Below, in pieces: positions 29,166 to 38,857 of a stretch of DNA of 64,000 nt. A program made the position numbers and the translations under genes. The notes beneath the pieces were generated by a model. That model was not told the DNA's origin. It searched no databases and saw only the letters and a list, made by a program, of their open reading frames with translations. Position 1 is the first letter of the stretch; each line of letters opens with the position of its first letter. This stretch comes from Devosiaceae bacterium (GTDB lineage: Bacteria > Pseudomonadota > Alphaproteobacteria > Rhizobiales > Devosiaceae): positions 15,093 to 79,092 of the forward strand of contig DATCMU010000009.1 of NCBI GenBank assembly GCA_036563245.1. The letters run 5' to 3'.

Positions 29166-30821
29166 CTAGCGCGTCAGTGGCTTGTACTTGATCCGCTTGG
29201 GGTTCACCGCGTCCGCGCCGAGGCGGCGCACCTTGTCGGCCTCGTAGTCGGCGAAATTGCCCTCGAACCATTCCACATGGCTGTCGCCCTCGAAGGCCAG
29301 CATGTGGGTGGCGAGGCGGTCGAGGAACATGCGGTCGTGGGAAATGATCACCGCGCAGCCGGCGAATTCTTCCAGCGCCTCTTCAAGCGCTGCGAGGGTT
29401 TCGGTATCGAGGTCGTTGGTCGGTTCGTCGAGCAGCAGCACATTGGCGCCCGATTTCAGCATCTTGGCCAGGTGCACGCGGTTGCGCTGCCCGCCTGAGA
29501 GATTGCCCACCTTCTGTTGCTGGTCGGCGCCCTTGAAGTTGAACGAGGAGACGTAGGCGCGCGAATTCACCTCGCGCTTGCCCAGCATCAGCACGTCGTT
29601 GCCGCCCGAGATTTCCTCCCACACCGTCTTGTTGGGATTGAGCGTGTCGCGGCTCTGGTCGACATAGCCAAGGTGCACGCTGTCGCCCACCGTGATCGTG
29701 CCGCCATCGGGTTCTTCCTGTCCGGTCAGCATCTTGAACAGGGTCGACTTGCCCGCCCCGTTCGGCCCGATCACGCCCACGATGCCGCCTGGCGGCAGCT
29801 TGAAGCTGAGATCGTCGATCAAGAGATGGTCGCCATAGCCCTTCCTGAGGTTCGCCGCATCGATCACGTTCTGCCCGAGACGCTCGCCCGGCGGAATGAC
29901 GATCTGCGCCGAGGACGAACTGGTCCGCGCCTCGTTGACCCTGACCAGTTCGTCATAGGCCTTGATGCGCGCCTTGGACTTGGTCTGGCGGGCCTGCGGG
30001 CTCTGCCCCAGCCATTCCTTTTCGCGCTGCAGCACCTTCATGCGGGCCGCGTCCTCGCGCTGTTCCTGGGCGAAACGCTTGGTCTTCTGCTCGAGGTAGG
30101 CGGAGTAATTGCCCTCGTAGGGGATGCCGCGGCCACGGTCGAGCTCGAGGATCCAGCCCGTGACATTGTCGAGGAAATAACGGTCGTGGGTGACGATCAG
30201 TACCGCGCCGGGGAATTCGCGCAGGTGCTTTTCCAGCCAGCCGGTGGTTTCGGCATCGAGATGGTTGGTCGGCTCGTCGAGCAGCAGCAGGTCTGGCGCG
30301 CTCAGCAGCAACTGGCACAGCGCCACGCGGCGCTTCTCGCCGCCCGAGAGGTTGTCGACCGTCGCGTCGGCCGGCGGGCAACCCAGCGCCTCCATGGCCA
30401 TCTCGACCCTTGAATCGAGATCCCAGAGATTTTCCGCATCTATCTGATCCTGCAGCTTTGCTGCCTCGTCGGCGGTCTCGTCCGAATAGTCCATCATCAA
30501 CTCGTTGTACCGGTCGATGATGGCCTTCTTCTCGGCGACGCCGGTCATCACGTTGCCCATCACGTTCAACGCGGGATCAAGCTGCGGCTCCTGCGGCAGG
30601 TAGCCCACCTTGGCGCCCTCGGCGGCCCAGGCCTCGCCGGTGAACTCGGTGTCAAGGCCCGCCATGATCTTGAGAAGCGTCGACTTGCCCGAGCCGTTGG
30701 GGCCGAGCACGCCGATCTTGGCGTCGGGGTAGAAACTGAGATTGACGTTGTCCAGAACCTTCTTGCCGCCCGAATAGGCCTTGGACAAGCCGTGCATGTG
30801 ATAGATGAACTGACGGGCCAT
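29166..30821 (-). CDS. ettA: energy-dependent translational throttle protein EttA (ABC-F ATPase)
   Basis: MARQFIYHMHGLSKAYSGGKKVLDNVNLSFYPDAKIGVLGPNGSGKSTLLKIMAG. It has two ABC cassettes with LSGGEKRR and LSGGQRNR signatures and is 551 aa. The track ORF is over-extended by 26 codons. Confidence 0.93.
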   Translation of the reverse strand: MARQFIYHMHGLSKAYSGGKKVLDNVNLSFYPDAKIGVLGPNGSGKSTLLKIMAGLDTEFTGEAWAAEGAKVGYLPQEPQLDPALNVMGNVMTGVAEKKAIIDRYNELMMDYSDETADEAAKLQDQIDAENLWDLDSRVEMAMEALGCPPADATVDNLSGGEKRRVALCQLLLSAPDLLLLDEPTNHLDAETTGWLEKHLREFPGAVLIVTHDRYFLDNVTGWILELDRGRGIPYEGNYSAYLEQKTKRFAQEQREDAARMKVLQREKEWLGQSPQARQTKSKARIKAYDELVRVNEARTSSSSAQIVIPPGERLGQNVIDAANLRKGYGDHLLIDDLSFKLPPGGIVGVIGPNGAGKSTLFKMLTGQEEPDGGTITVGDSVHLGYVDQSRDTLNPNKTVWEEISGGNDVLMLGKREVNSRAYVSSFNFKGADQQQKVGNLSGGQRNRVHLAKMLKSGANVLLLDEPTNDLDTETLAALEEALEEFAGCAVIISHDRMFLDRLATHMLAFEGDSHVEWFEGNFADYEADKVRRLGADAVNPKRIKYKPLTR

Positions 30822-30925
30822 GGGACCGGGACCTCTTTGTGTTTCTGAACGTGTCGGGATATCGGCGGCTTGTTTAGGCGATTGCGGCTGGTCCCGCAAT
30901 CGCCCCGTTCTGCAAGGGGGCCGTT

Positions 30926-31216
30926 TCAGGCGTCGTGCAGCGCCTCAAGTCCGGGTGCGGTCTTGGAGACGATGAACTCCGTCACCTGATATTCGGCAAG
31001 GCCCTGCTGGCGGAAGGGATCCTCGTCCAGCACCTTTTCGAGCACCGGCAGGCTCTCCGCGCGGGCCAGGATGATGCCGCCCGTGCGCGGCTCCTTGCGG
31101 CCCGAGGCGATGAAGGTGCCGTTGGCGTAGTACTTGTCCAGGAAAGCGATATGCGCGTCGCGCGCCGCGTCGATCCGGTCGAGACCGACCACATAGTGAA
31201 GGGAAACGATGAACAT
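30926..31216 (-). CDS. YciI family protein
   Basis: 96 aa. The sequence MFIVSLHYV...HIAFLDKYYANGTFIASGRKEP...GGIILA fits the YciI-like pattern. I chose the ATG at 31214-31216. Confidence 0.75.
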   Translation of the reverse strand: MFIVSLHYVVGLDRIDAARDAHIAFLDKYYANGTFIASGRKEPRTGGIILARAESLPVLEKVLDEDPFRQQGLAEYQVTEFIVSKTAPGLEALHDA

Positions 31217-31369
31217 GATGAGCCTGCTCGCTGTGGTTTCAGGCGCGAGTCGGCGCCCGCGCGGGCGGCACATTAGAGCATGTTCAGAAAAAGTGGATAC
31301 CGGTTTTCCGGTTCGAACATGCGATCACCAGAAACGCGCGGCAAGCCACGGGCAAGTGGCCTTGCGCGT

Positions 31370-32056
31370 TCACGCCGCCACTTCGGCCATCAGCCATTGC
31401 CCGAGCGGCCACATGTTGGAAAAGTGGGTGAAGCAGGTATCGGCGAAATCCTCGGCAAGGGCGCTTTCCGCCGGCAATTCGTGCATTGCGATCAGCCCCT
31501 CGTACAAGAGGTATTCCGCCCGCTCCCCTTCGGCCTCGAAACCGCGCGGTGGCTTCTTTCGGGTCTTCTCCCCGATGGTATACGGCCCGGCGGCGCGCAC
31601 CTTCTCAACAGCCGCCAGCAAGCCATTGCCCGCCCGCTTGTGCTGCACCGCATAGCGGAAGCGTTCCAGCTCGGGCTTCTGCAGGTTGTGCATCCCCACC
31701 GCGAAGAACACCCTTTCCGGGCTGATCTGAACGTAGAACCCCGGCTGGTCCCAGGCCCGCCGCTCCCCGTGCCAGAACCACAGGCCCAGATGGGTCTTGT
31801 AGGGTGACTTGTCCTTTGAGAACCGCGCATCGCGATTGATCCGCCACAGCGAGCCGTTCACCCTGGGCGCGAACTGCACATCCGGCGCGATCGTGCGCAG
31901 CCGAGGCCCCATGGTCTCGATGAAGGCGAAGGCGGGACCGGTATATCCCGCCTCATAGTCGGCCCGGTGCGCTTCGAACCACGCCTTCTCGTTGTGTGCC
32001 GCAAGTCCGCGCAGGAAATCGAGAGTGATTTGCGGAAAACCCTTGAATTCGGCCAT
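31370..32056 (-). CDS. DUF2461 / TIGR02453 family protein
   Basis: 228 aa. FPQITLDFLRGLAAHNEKAWFEAHRADYE...RINRDARFSKDKSPYKTHLG is characteristic of this family. Confidence 0.8.
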   Translation of the reverse strand: MAEFKGFPQITLDFLRGLAAHNEKAWFEAHRADYEAGYTGPAFAFIETMGPRLRTIAPDVQFAPRVNGSLWRINRDARFSKDKSPYKTHLGLWFWHGERRAWDQPGFYVQISPERVFFAVGMHNLQKPELERFRYAVQHKRAGNGLLAAVEKVRAAGPYTIGEKTRKKPPRGFEAEGERAEYLLYEGLIAMHELPAESALAEDFADTCFTHFSNMWPLGQWLMAEVAA

Positions 32057-32182
32057 GTTTCACCCCGTCTGAAACCCGATCGCAGCATAGACCGGGATTG
32101 GCGTCGCGCCTACCGATTGCGCCGTGCGCTGGCTTGCGTCAAGCTTGCCGCCCACCAGACTCAACAGCTGATCGTACCCAAC

Positions 32183-33097
32183 ATGCCGAACGCAATTTCA
32201 ATGCGCCCTCGTCAGCCGAGGCGTCAACTGGCGCCGGGCCAGGTCTCCGAACTCACCGTGATCGACCGCAACGGCTCCAATCGCACCGTGATCTATGAGA
32301 CCGCCGAACTGATCGAGGCGCCGAACTGGTCGCCGGACGGCAAATGGCTGGTGTTCAATGCCGACGGGCGGCTGTTCCGCATCTCGCCGGACGGGGCCGA
32401 TGGGCCGCACCGCATCAATACCGCGCCGGTCGAGAACCTCAACAACGACCACGTGATCTCGCCCGACGGCGCGACGATCCATCTCAGCGCCGGCGGCCAT
32501 CTCTATCGCGTTCCGTTCTCGGGCGGTGCGCCGGTCCGGGTCTCCAACGATCACGACCCGGCGTGCGATTTCGGCCACTACCTGCACGGCATCTCTCCCG
32601 ACGGCGCGACGCTGAGTTACGTAGGGCTGGAGAAAGGACCTGACGGCAAGACCATATTCCGCATCTACACCATTCCCGCCGGCGGCGGGCCAGATACGGT
32701 GCTGACCGATGGAGCGTGTCCGGTCGACGGACCGGAATTCTCGGCGGACGGGCAATGGATCTATTTCAACTCCGAGGCCGCCGCCACACGCCCCGGCCAC
32801 GCCCAGGTTTTCCGCATGCGTCCGGACGGCTCGGGACGCGAACAACTCACCAGCGACGAGCGGGTCAACTGGTTCCCGCATTGCGCCCCGGATGGCACGA
32901 TTGCCTATGTGAGCTTCCCGCCCGGCACGACCGGGCACCCCGCGGACAAACAGGTAGTCCTCAGGGTGATGGATGCGGATGGAGCGAACATGCGCGACAT
33001 CGCGACCCTTTTCGGCGGTCAGGGCACGATCAACGTCAATTCATGGGCCCCGGACAGCAAGAGGCTTGCCTATGTCGCCTATCCGATGGCGGGCTGA
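32183..33097 (+). CDS. TolB-like beta-propeller (PD40/WD40-like repeat) protein
   Basis: It contains repeated SPDG motifs (NWSPDGKWLVF, ISPDGATIHL, ISPDGATLSYV, EFSADGQWIYF, CAPDGTIAYV, WAPDSKRLAYV). I chose the ATG at 32183; the track ORF start at 31967 overlaps the neighbouring gene. Confidence 0.75.
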   Translation: MPNAISMRPRQPRRQLAPGQVSELTVIDRNGSNRTVIYETAELIEAPNWSPDGKWLVFNADGRLFRISPDGADGPHRINTAPVENLNNDHVISPDGATIHLSAGGHLYRVPFSGGAPVRVSNDHDPACDFGHYLHGISPDGATLSYVGLEKGPDGKTIFRIYTIPAGGGPDTVLTDGACPVDGPEFSADGQWIYFNSEAAATRPGHAQVFRMRPDGSGREQLTSDERVNWFPHCAPDGTIAYVSFPPGTTGHPADKQVVLRVMDADGANMRDIATLFGGQGTINVNSWAPDSKRLAYVAYPMAG

Positions 33098-35334
33098 GCG
33101 CGGGCGCCTTCCTTCAGGGCCCCGTTGCCGGGCTTTTCGACCCACACCCTGACCGACTTGAAGGCCGGGGTCTTGCTGCGCGGATCGGCCTCTTGCCCGG
33201 TCAGTATGTTGGCTTCGGGGAAATAGGCCATCGCGGAGCCCGGAGGCAGATCGAAGGCCAGCGCGGTCACGCCCACCATGCGCCCGCTCTGCGAGCACAC
33301 GTCCACCGTCGAACCGTCGGCTATGCCGCGCGCCTGCATGTCCGAGGCATTGAGCAGGACAGACCAGCGCCCGGCATTGCGGCGATAGCTGTCCTTCTCT
33401 TCATAGATGATGGTGTTGAATTGCCCCTCGCTGCGTATCGTGGCCAGCGTGAGCACGCCGTCGCGTTCGCGCCCCGCCCCGTTTCCCCTCGTGATGGGCG
33501 TGACCTGGAAGCGGGCCCTGCCCTCGGGCAGGTCGAACCGGGGGGCGTGCATGAGGCGATTGCGGATGTGGAACTCGCGCCTGGCGACATCGATGTCCGC
33601 CAGCTCCTCCATGCCGGGTACGATCCTGGCGATCGCATCGCGCGTTCGCGCGTGCTGCTTGAACCCCGCGAAGTCGACAGGCGCATCCGGCATCATTGCG
33701 CTTGCCAGGTCCGCAAGGATGTGGGTTTCGGGGCGCACATTGTCGAGCCGCCCGATCCCCCCGTCGCTGAGCCGGACGAAGTTGAACATCGACTCCTGGG
33801 TCGTGGGCTGCCACTCCTCGTCGCGCGCGGTCACCGGCAGGATCAGTGCCTCACCGCCGTCCAGCCCGTGAACATGGCCGCGATTGAGGGTGGTGGTGAG
33901 AAAGACCTTCAACCCGATCCGCGACAGGGCTTCGCCCGCCCAGGCGGTATTCGGCGAGGCTTCGTAGAGGTTGCCACCCATGATGAGCGCGCAATCCACA
34001 CTGCCCGCCGCCGCCGCCCGCATGCATGCAAGAGTGTCCATGCCCCCGCCCCTTGGCAGGTTCACGCCGTAATGGTTCTCGAGCGCGGCAAGCACCGTCT
34101 CCGCAAGCACCGGCTTCACGCCGATCGTGCCGACGCCCTGGACATTGGAATGCCCACGCAAGGGCAGAAGCCCCGCGAACCGCTTTCCGATCATGCCGCG
34201 CAAGAGTGCAAGATTGGCGACCGCCTCGACATTGGCGACCCCGTGCGCGTGGTGCGTGAGCCCCATGCCCCAGGCAAACACCGCGTTGCGCGAACGTGCG
34301 TAAAGGGCCGCGACGCGCATCAACTCGCTTTCGGAAACGCCGCACCGCGCTTCGATATCCGCGAAATCGAGCGCGTCGAGGTCAGCCTTGAAGGCCTCGT
34401 ATCCCGCTGTGTGGCTTGCGATGAAATCGTCCGCCTCCGCGCCGAGCGCCAGCACGGCCTTGGCCAGCCCCTTGAGCAGGGCGACGTCTTCTCCGATACG
34501 CGGCTGCAGGAAGTCGGAGGCAATCTCGGTGCCGCCGGCAATCATGGACTTCGGGCTCTTGGGGACCGCGAACTTCATCAGGCCCGGTTCGCGGGCGGGA
34601 TTGATTACCACCACGTCCCCGCCCCTGTCGCGGCACGCCTTGAGCATGTGGATGAAGCGCGGATGGTTCGAGGCCGGGTTGGCCCCGATCACGAAGATCA
34701 GGTCGGCGCCCTCGAGGTCCGCGAGTTCCACGGTGGCCGTGCCCTTGCCGATGGTCGTGCCCAGGCCCTCGCTCGTCGCCTGGTGGCAATAATAAGAGCA
34801 GTTGTTCACATTGTTGGTGCCGTAGGCACGGGCCATCAACTGGAAAAGGAATGCAGCCTCGTTCGAGGACCGCCCCGAAGAATAGAAGAAAGTCCGGTCA
34901 GGCGAAGTGGCGCGAAATCCCGCTGCGGCGCGAGCGATTGCCCAATCCCAGGTGACCGGGGTGAACCTGTCCGAATCCGCGGCCTTGTGGATCGGTGAAT
35001 TGAGTCGGCCAAGGCTCTCGATTTCCCGGCCGGTCAGCTCCTTCAGGTCCTTCAGGCCGTGCTCGAAAATCTCCAGCGGGATGGCCGGCTGGATGTCGGT
35101 CGATTGCGCCTGCACACTCTTGTTGCAGACCGAGGGGAACTCGCCAAGTTCGTTGACCATGCCCCCGTTCTGGCCGCCCATGCCATAGGCGCAGGCCTTG
35201 CACGTGTTCTTCGCGGTCAGCGCCTTGGCCGCCTTGCCCACGCCGATACGCGATACGGTCCTGAGCGTGTAGAGAACTTTCTTCGCGCCGCCACCGATCA
35301 CCGGCCGCTCACCATGTGCCCGCCGATCCGCCAT
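33079..35334 (-). CDS. FdhF/YdeP-family molybdopterin oxidoreductase
   Basis: 751 aa. The N-terminal TCKACAYGMGGQNGGMVNELGEFPSVCNKS motif and the molybdopterin-dinucleotide binding body are typical of YdeP-like proteins. Confidence 0.85.
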   Translation of the reverse strand: MADRRAHGERPVIGGGAKKVLYTLRTVSRIGVGKAAKALTAKNTCKACAYGMGGQNGGMVNELGEFPSVCNKSVQAQSTDIQPAIPLEIFEHGLKDLKELTGREIESLGRLNSPIHKAADSDRFTPVTWDWAIARAAAGFRATSPDRTFFYSSGRSSNEAAFLFQLMARAYGTNNVNNCSYYCHQATSEGLGTTIGKGTATVELADLEGADLIFVIGANPASNHPRFIHMLKACRDRGGDVVVINPAREPGLMKFAVPKSPKSMIAGGTEIASDFLQPRIGEDVALLKGLAKAVLALGAEADDFIASHTAGYEAFKADLDALDFADIEARCGVSESELMRVAALYARSRNAVFAWGMGLTHHAHGVANVEAVANLALLRGMIGKRFAGLLPLRGHSNVQGVGTIGVKPVLAETVLAALENHYGVNLPRGGGMDTLACMRAAAAGSVDCALIMGGNLYEASPNTAWAGEALSRIGLKVFLTTTLNRGHVHGLDGGEALILPVTARDEEWQPTTQESMFNFVRLSDGGIGRLDNVRPETHILADLASAMMPDAPVDFAGFKQHARTRDAIARIVPGMEELADIDVARREFHIRNRLMHAPRFDLPEGRARFQVTPITRGNGAGRERDGVLTLATIRSEGQFNTIIYEEKDSYRRNAGRWSVLLNASDMQARGIADGSTVDVCSQSGRMVGVTALAFDLPPGSAMAYFPEANILTGQEADPRSKTPAFKSVRVWVEKPGNGALKEGARAQPAIG

Positions 35335-35404
35335 CAGCCCCTCCCAAACCCTTCATGCCCAATAAATGCTGCGAGCAACGAATGACCAGTGCCTCGGAGC
35401 CTTG

Positions 35405-35869
35405 TCATACCGGAAGCCCGGTGCGGGCCTTGACCTCGCGAATGCTCATGTTGGAGTGCACGCGCGCCACGCCGGGCAGGCGCGCCACCAGCCGCCTGTG
35501 CAGGCGTTCGAAATCCTCGGAGTCGCGGCATACGACCCTGAGGATATAGTCCGAAGTCCCCGCCATCAGGTGGCATTCCAGCACTTCGGGAATGTCGAGC
35601 ACGGCCTGCTCGAACGCATCCAGCGAAGGCTCGCTCTGGCTCGACAGTGAAACCTCGATGAAGAACTGCATGGCGAAGCCAAGCTGCTCGCGATTGAGCT
35701 CGGCACGATAGCCAAGGATCAGCCCGCTTTCCTCAAGGGTCTTCAGCCTGCGGTGGCACGCCGAGGCGCTGAGGCCGACCGCCTCGCCCAGTTCCGCAAC
35801 GCTTTGCCGGCAGTCCGCCTGCACCCGCCGAAGGATACTGCGGTCGATGGCATCAAGATGCAATTCCAT
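35405..35869 (-). CDS. Lrp/AsnC-family transcriptional regulator
   Basis: 154 aa. LDAIDRSILRRVQADCRQSVAELGEAVGLSASACHRRLKTLEESGLI is followed by a RAM/ACT-like C-terminal domain. It is divergent from ald. Confidence 0.9.
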   Translation of the reverse strand: MELHLDAIDRSILRRVQADCRQSVAELGEAVGLSASACHRRLKTLEESGLILGYRAELNREQLGFAMQFFIEVSLSSQSEPSLDAFEQAVLDIPEVLECHLMAGTSDYILRVVCRDSEDFERLHRRLVARLPGVARVHSNMSIREVKARTGLPV

Positions 35870-35993
35870 TGCGTGTTACTCGACATAATTCGAATTTTGT
35901 CCCGAAGTAGAGCGGATCGATAGCGAGTTTGCAAGAAAATCCCGGTCCCGATGTGCCACAATTTGCAATATTACGAACAGGGAGGGTCTCGCG
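35870..35993. promoter_or_regulatory. divergent lrp-type regulator / ald control region
   Basis: The call rests on arrangement only. The spacer is relatively AT-rich (CGACATAATTCGAATTTTGTCC, CACAATTTGCAATATTACG), with RBS GGGAGGG before ald. Confidence 0.4.
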
Positions 35994-37112
35994 ATGTTGA
36001 TTGGCGTCCCCAAGGAAATAAAGAACCACGAATATCGTGTCGGCCTGACGCCGGAGAGCGTCACCGAGCTTGTCGCCGCGGGCCACAGGGTCATCGTCGA
36101 AACGCGCGCCGGTGAGGGGATCGGGGCCGGTGACGACGCCTACAAGGCCGCTGGCGCGACCATCGCGCCGGATGCCTCGACCGTTTTCCAGACCGCGGAG
36201 ATGATCGTCAAGGTCAAGGAGCCGCAGGCGGTGGAACGCGCAATGCTGCGCCCCGATCAGGTGCTGTTCACCTATCTGCACCTCGCTCCCGATCCAGACC
36301 AGACGCGCGACCTCGTCAAGTCGGGCGCGATCTGCATCGCCTACGAGACGGTAACCGATGCCAGCGGCGGGCTTCCGCTGCTCAAGCCGATGAGCCAGGT
36401 CGCGGGCCGCATGTCGATCCAGGCCGGTGCCACCGCGCTTGAAAAGGCCCATGGCGGCCGCGGCGTCCTGCTCGGCGGCGTACCCGGCGTCCAGCCCGGC
36501 AAGGTCGTCGTGCTTGGCGGCGGTGTCGTTGGGTTCAATGCGGCGCAGATGGCGGTCGGCTTGCAGGCCGACGTGACCATTCTCGACAAGAGCCCGGCGG
36601 TTCTGGAGCGTCTCAGCAATCACTTCGGCGCCAGCGCCCGCGTGCTCTACTCGAACAAGGCGGCCTTGGCCGAAGCCGTCGCCTCGGCGGACGTGGTTGT
36701 GGGGGCCGTGCTGGTTCCGGGCGCCGCCGCGCCAAAGCTCGTCACCCGCAACATGCTCAAGACCATGAAGCACGGTGCGGTGCTGGTCGACGTGGCCATC
36801 GACCAGGGCGGCTGCTTCGAGACCAGCCATGCAACGACTCATGCCGAACCGACTTTCACGGTCGACGGCATCGTTCACTACTGCGTCGCAAACATGCCGG
36901 GCGCGGTTGCGCGCACCTCGACCTATGCACTCAACAACGCCACCCTGCCCTTCGCCCTGGCGCTCGCCAACAAGGGCTGGCGCAAGGCGCTGGCCGAAGA
37001 CCAGCATCTGCGGGCCGGGCTCAATGTGTGCCAGGGCCGGGTGACCTGCCAGCCGGTCGCCGATGCGCAGCACTACGAAGCGATCGCGCCTGAAGTCGCA
37101 ATCGCGGCCTGA
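35994..37112 (+). CDS. ald: alanine dehydrogenase
   Basis: 372 aa. [23 protein letters not shown] and the [13 protein letters not shown] Rossmann motif match Ald. Confidence 0.95.
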   Translation: MLIGVPKEIKNHEYRVGLTPESVTELVAAGHRVIVETRAGEGIGAGDDAYKAAGATIAPDASTVFQTAEMIVKVKEPQAVERAMLRPDQVLFTYLHLAPDPDQTRDLVKSGAICIAYETVTDASGGLPLLKPMSQVAGRMSIQAGATALEKAHGGRGVLLGGVPGVQPGKVVVLGGGVVGFNAAQMAVGLQADVTILDKSPAVLERLSNHFGASARVLYSNKAALAEAVASADVVVGAVLVPGAAAPKLVTRNMLKTMKHGAVLVDVAIDQGGCFETSHATTHAEPTFTVDGIVHYCVANMPGAVARTSTYALNNATLPFALALANKGWRKALAEDQHLRAGLNVCQGRVTCQPVADAQHYEAIAPEVAIAA

Positions 37113-37140
37113 TCGTCGTCGCTGGACGTCCGGAAACGAA

Positions 37141-37177
37141 GAAAGCCCCGCGCATGGCGCGGGGCTTTCTCTTTTGG
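37141..37177. terminator. bidirectional Rho-independent terminator (ald and the convergent secreted-protein gene)
   Basis: A 13-bp perfect stem (GAAAGCCCCGCGC, loop ATG, GCGCGGGGCTTTC) is followed by TCTTTTGG on the plus strand. An A-rich tract precedes it, which gives a T-tract on the minus strand. Confidence 0.8.
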
Positions 37178-37203
37178 TTCAGGCTCGGGCGGCCGCGCCG
37201 CCG

Positions 37204-37638
37204 TCAGTTCTCGTAGATCGAGATCGCGCTGCCGTTGACCGAGATTGCGACCATGCGATTGACGTTGAGCTTGCGCCCATCGAGCCACGCCTTGATCGCG
37301 GCATTCCCGGACATCGCCTTTTCGAGATCCGCGATCTGCGTCTTGTGGGCGCCGATGGCCTGCTCCACCTTCATCACCTCGGGAAGCGGATAGTCTGCCC
37401 GAATATGGAACAGCGATACGTGCTTGGCCTTGCTCAGGGCCGTGATGTCGGCAGGCGTGTAGACGCCCACCAGCTTGATCAGGTCGGCGGAGGCGACCGC
37501 ATCGGCCTTCTTGCCGATGGAGATCGTGGCCAGCGGCACGCCACTTGCGGTCTTGGTCGCGGCCCAGGAAGCGCTGGCGCCGAGCATGAGGGTAGCGGCC
37601 GCCAGGGCGGCTACCGGAAGAACAACGAACCTGTTCAT
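37204..37638 (-). CDS. small secreted protein of unknown function, paralog A
   Basis: 144 aa from ATG 37636-37638, with a signal peptide (MNRFVVLPVAALAAATLMLGASASWA). It is alignable with paralog B (LIKLVGVYTPADI vs LVPLVGMYTSAEL; AIKAWLDGRKLNVNRMVAISVNGSAISIYEN vs AIANWFKANKVQIKDVVAVSAMDGKASVYLQ). Confidence 0.7.
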   Translation of the reverse strand: MNRFVVLPVAALAAATLMLGASASWAATKTASGVPLATISIGKKADAVASADLIKLVGVYTPADITALSKAKHVSLFHIRADYPLPEVMKVEQAIGAHKTQIADLEKAMSGNAAIKAWLDGRKLNVNRMVAISVNGSAISIYEN

Positions 37639-37849
37639 CTTCTGATTCCAATAGGTTGGATTGTTATGGCGTTGCCGGCTGGCGTGTGGGGACAACGCCG
37701 TGTTCCGGCAACGAACCGGAGTTCACGCCCCGATCCGGGTAAATTCGCGACCCGCTTTCGGCATTCCGGCGGTGGAACGATGGCTTTTGCGCGGCAGCGA
37801 TCACATTGCGGTGAGAATTATTACCGCGCAGCCATTGCGGCCTTGAAGG

Positions 37850-37909
37850 AAACAAAAGAGCCTCGCGGCAGGTCCAGCCAGGGTGAAGACCGGTCACGCC
37901 GCGAGGCTC
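37850..37909 (-). terminator. stem-loop terminator of paralog B
   Basis: A 12-bp perfect stem (GAGCCTCGCGGC at 37858-37869 paired with 37898-37909) with a 28-nt loop. On the minus strand it is followed by TTTTGTTT. Confidence 0.5.
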
Positions 37910-37988
37910 CAGGGACCCCGGCGGAGGGGCTAGGGATGGAGGGACACATCAGAACCGCCGGGGGATGGGAGAATTGTGAGAGAGCGAA

Positions 37989-38417
37989 CTACTGCAGATA
38001 GACCGACGCCTTGCCGTCCATGGCGCTGACGGCGACCACGTCCTTGATCTGCACCTTGTTTGCCTTGAACCAGTTCGCGATCGCGGTATCCGACGAGAGC
38101 GCGGTTCTGAGCTTGGCGATTTCCGCGGAATTGTCGGTCATCGCGGTCTGCAATCGATCGATGTCCTTTCCTGTGTAGGTGTTGGGCAGACGGAAGACGT
38201 CCACGCTGGTTGCGCCGCCGAAGCGACCGAGTTCGGCGCTGGTGTACATGCCGACCAGCGGAACAAGATCACTGGCCGATGGCGCGATCGCGCCCGTTCC
38301 GTTGACGAGCTTGGCATGCATCGCCTCGGGCGAGGTGGACGCCGAGGCAATGCCTGGGGCGAAGGCGAGGGCAAAAGCGGTAAGCACTGCCGCCGAGAGC
38401 GTAACGATCCGATTCAT
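37989..38417 (-). CDS. small secreted protein of unknown function, paralog B
   Basis: 142 aa with a signal peptide (MNRIVTLSAAVLTAFALAFAPGIASA) and RBS AAGGGAG. It is paralogous to 37204..37638. Confidence 0.7.
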   Translation of the reverse strand: MNRIVTLSAAVLTAFALAFAPGIASASTSPEAMHAKLVNGTGAIAPSASDLVPLVGMYTSAELGRFGGATSVDVFRLPNTYTGKDIDRLQTAMTDNSAEIAKLRTALSSDTAIANWFKANKVQIKDVVAVSAMDGKASVYLQ

Positions 38418-38815
38418 TTCGAACTCCCTTGGAATTTCGGGAACAGACCGGGGCCTCGATGGGGTCTTGGGCCAGGGGACTCAGGCCCTTCGGGTGTCTC
38501 GGGCCGGCGCGGCAACGCCGACAGGTCGAAGTTCACGCCCCGCTTCTGGCGGCTTCTCGACATCACCCGGGAAATTTCGTGCTGAAATCGTGACCATTTG
38601 GCGGCGCCGTTCACGACCGCGCGAGAATGCTAAACAATTGGAAAGATTGGTAAGATCTTCAGATCAAGAACCCCCGGAGCCGCGAAGCATCCGGGGGCCG
38701 AGGCTATGGTGCAAACAACCTCTGCCGGAGGCGTGAGCCTTCGGTCCGCAAAGAATACAGCATCAGCCCATTTCGGTCATCCGAGACCCAGCGCCACAAT
38801 TTCGCGTAATTATTA

Positions 38816-38857
38816 TGCAAATTCCTAATATGCATATTTTTTTTGCATATTCGTGCA
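38816..38857. promoter_or_regulatory. AT-rich block with four TGCA elements, candidate NtrC-type enhancer
   Basis: TGCA occurs at 38816, 38831, 38844 and 38854. The pair at 38831-38847 is TGCA-N9-TGCA (17 bp), the spacing of the enteric NtrC dyad TGCACC-N5-GGTGCA. The block lies about 130-160 bp upstream of the sigma54-like promoter. Confidence 0.4.

Noticed and set aside
27818-29172. Short CTAGCG-containing similarity at both islet edges (AAAGCTAGCGATAG at ~27818 and AAACTAGCGCTAGCG at ~29157) as possible target-site duplication or att remnants.
   Set aside because: Only about 6-9 nt match, and both coincide with the TAG stop codons of minus-strand genes. No integrase or transposase is nearby. 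The evidence is too weak to call.
37640-37760. An EcfG/ECF-type promoter (GGAAC-N16-17-CGTT) in the leaders of the two secreted-protein paralogs, suggested by GAAC and CGTT elements near the shared 13-mer.
   Set aside because: The GAAC-to-CGTT spacings are 7 or 23 nt in copy A and 13 nt in copy B. Neither fits the 16-17 nt requirement, and they are not consistent between the copies.
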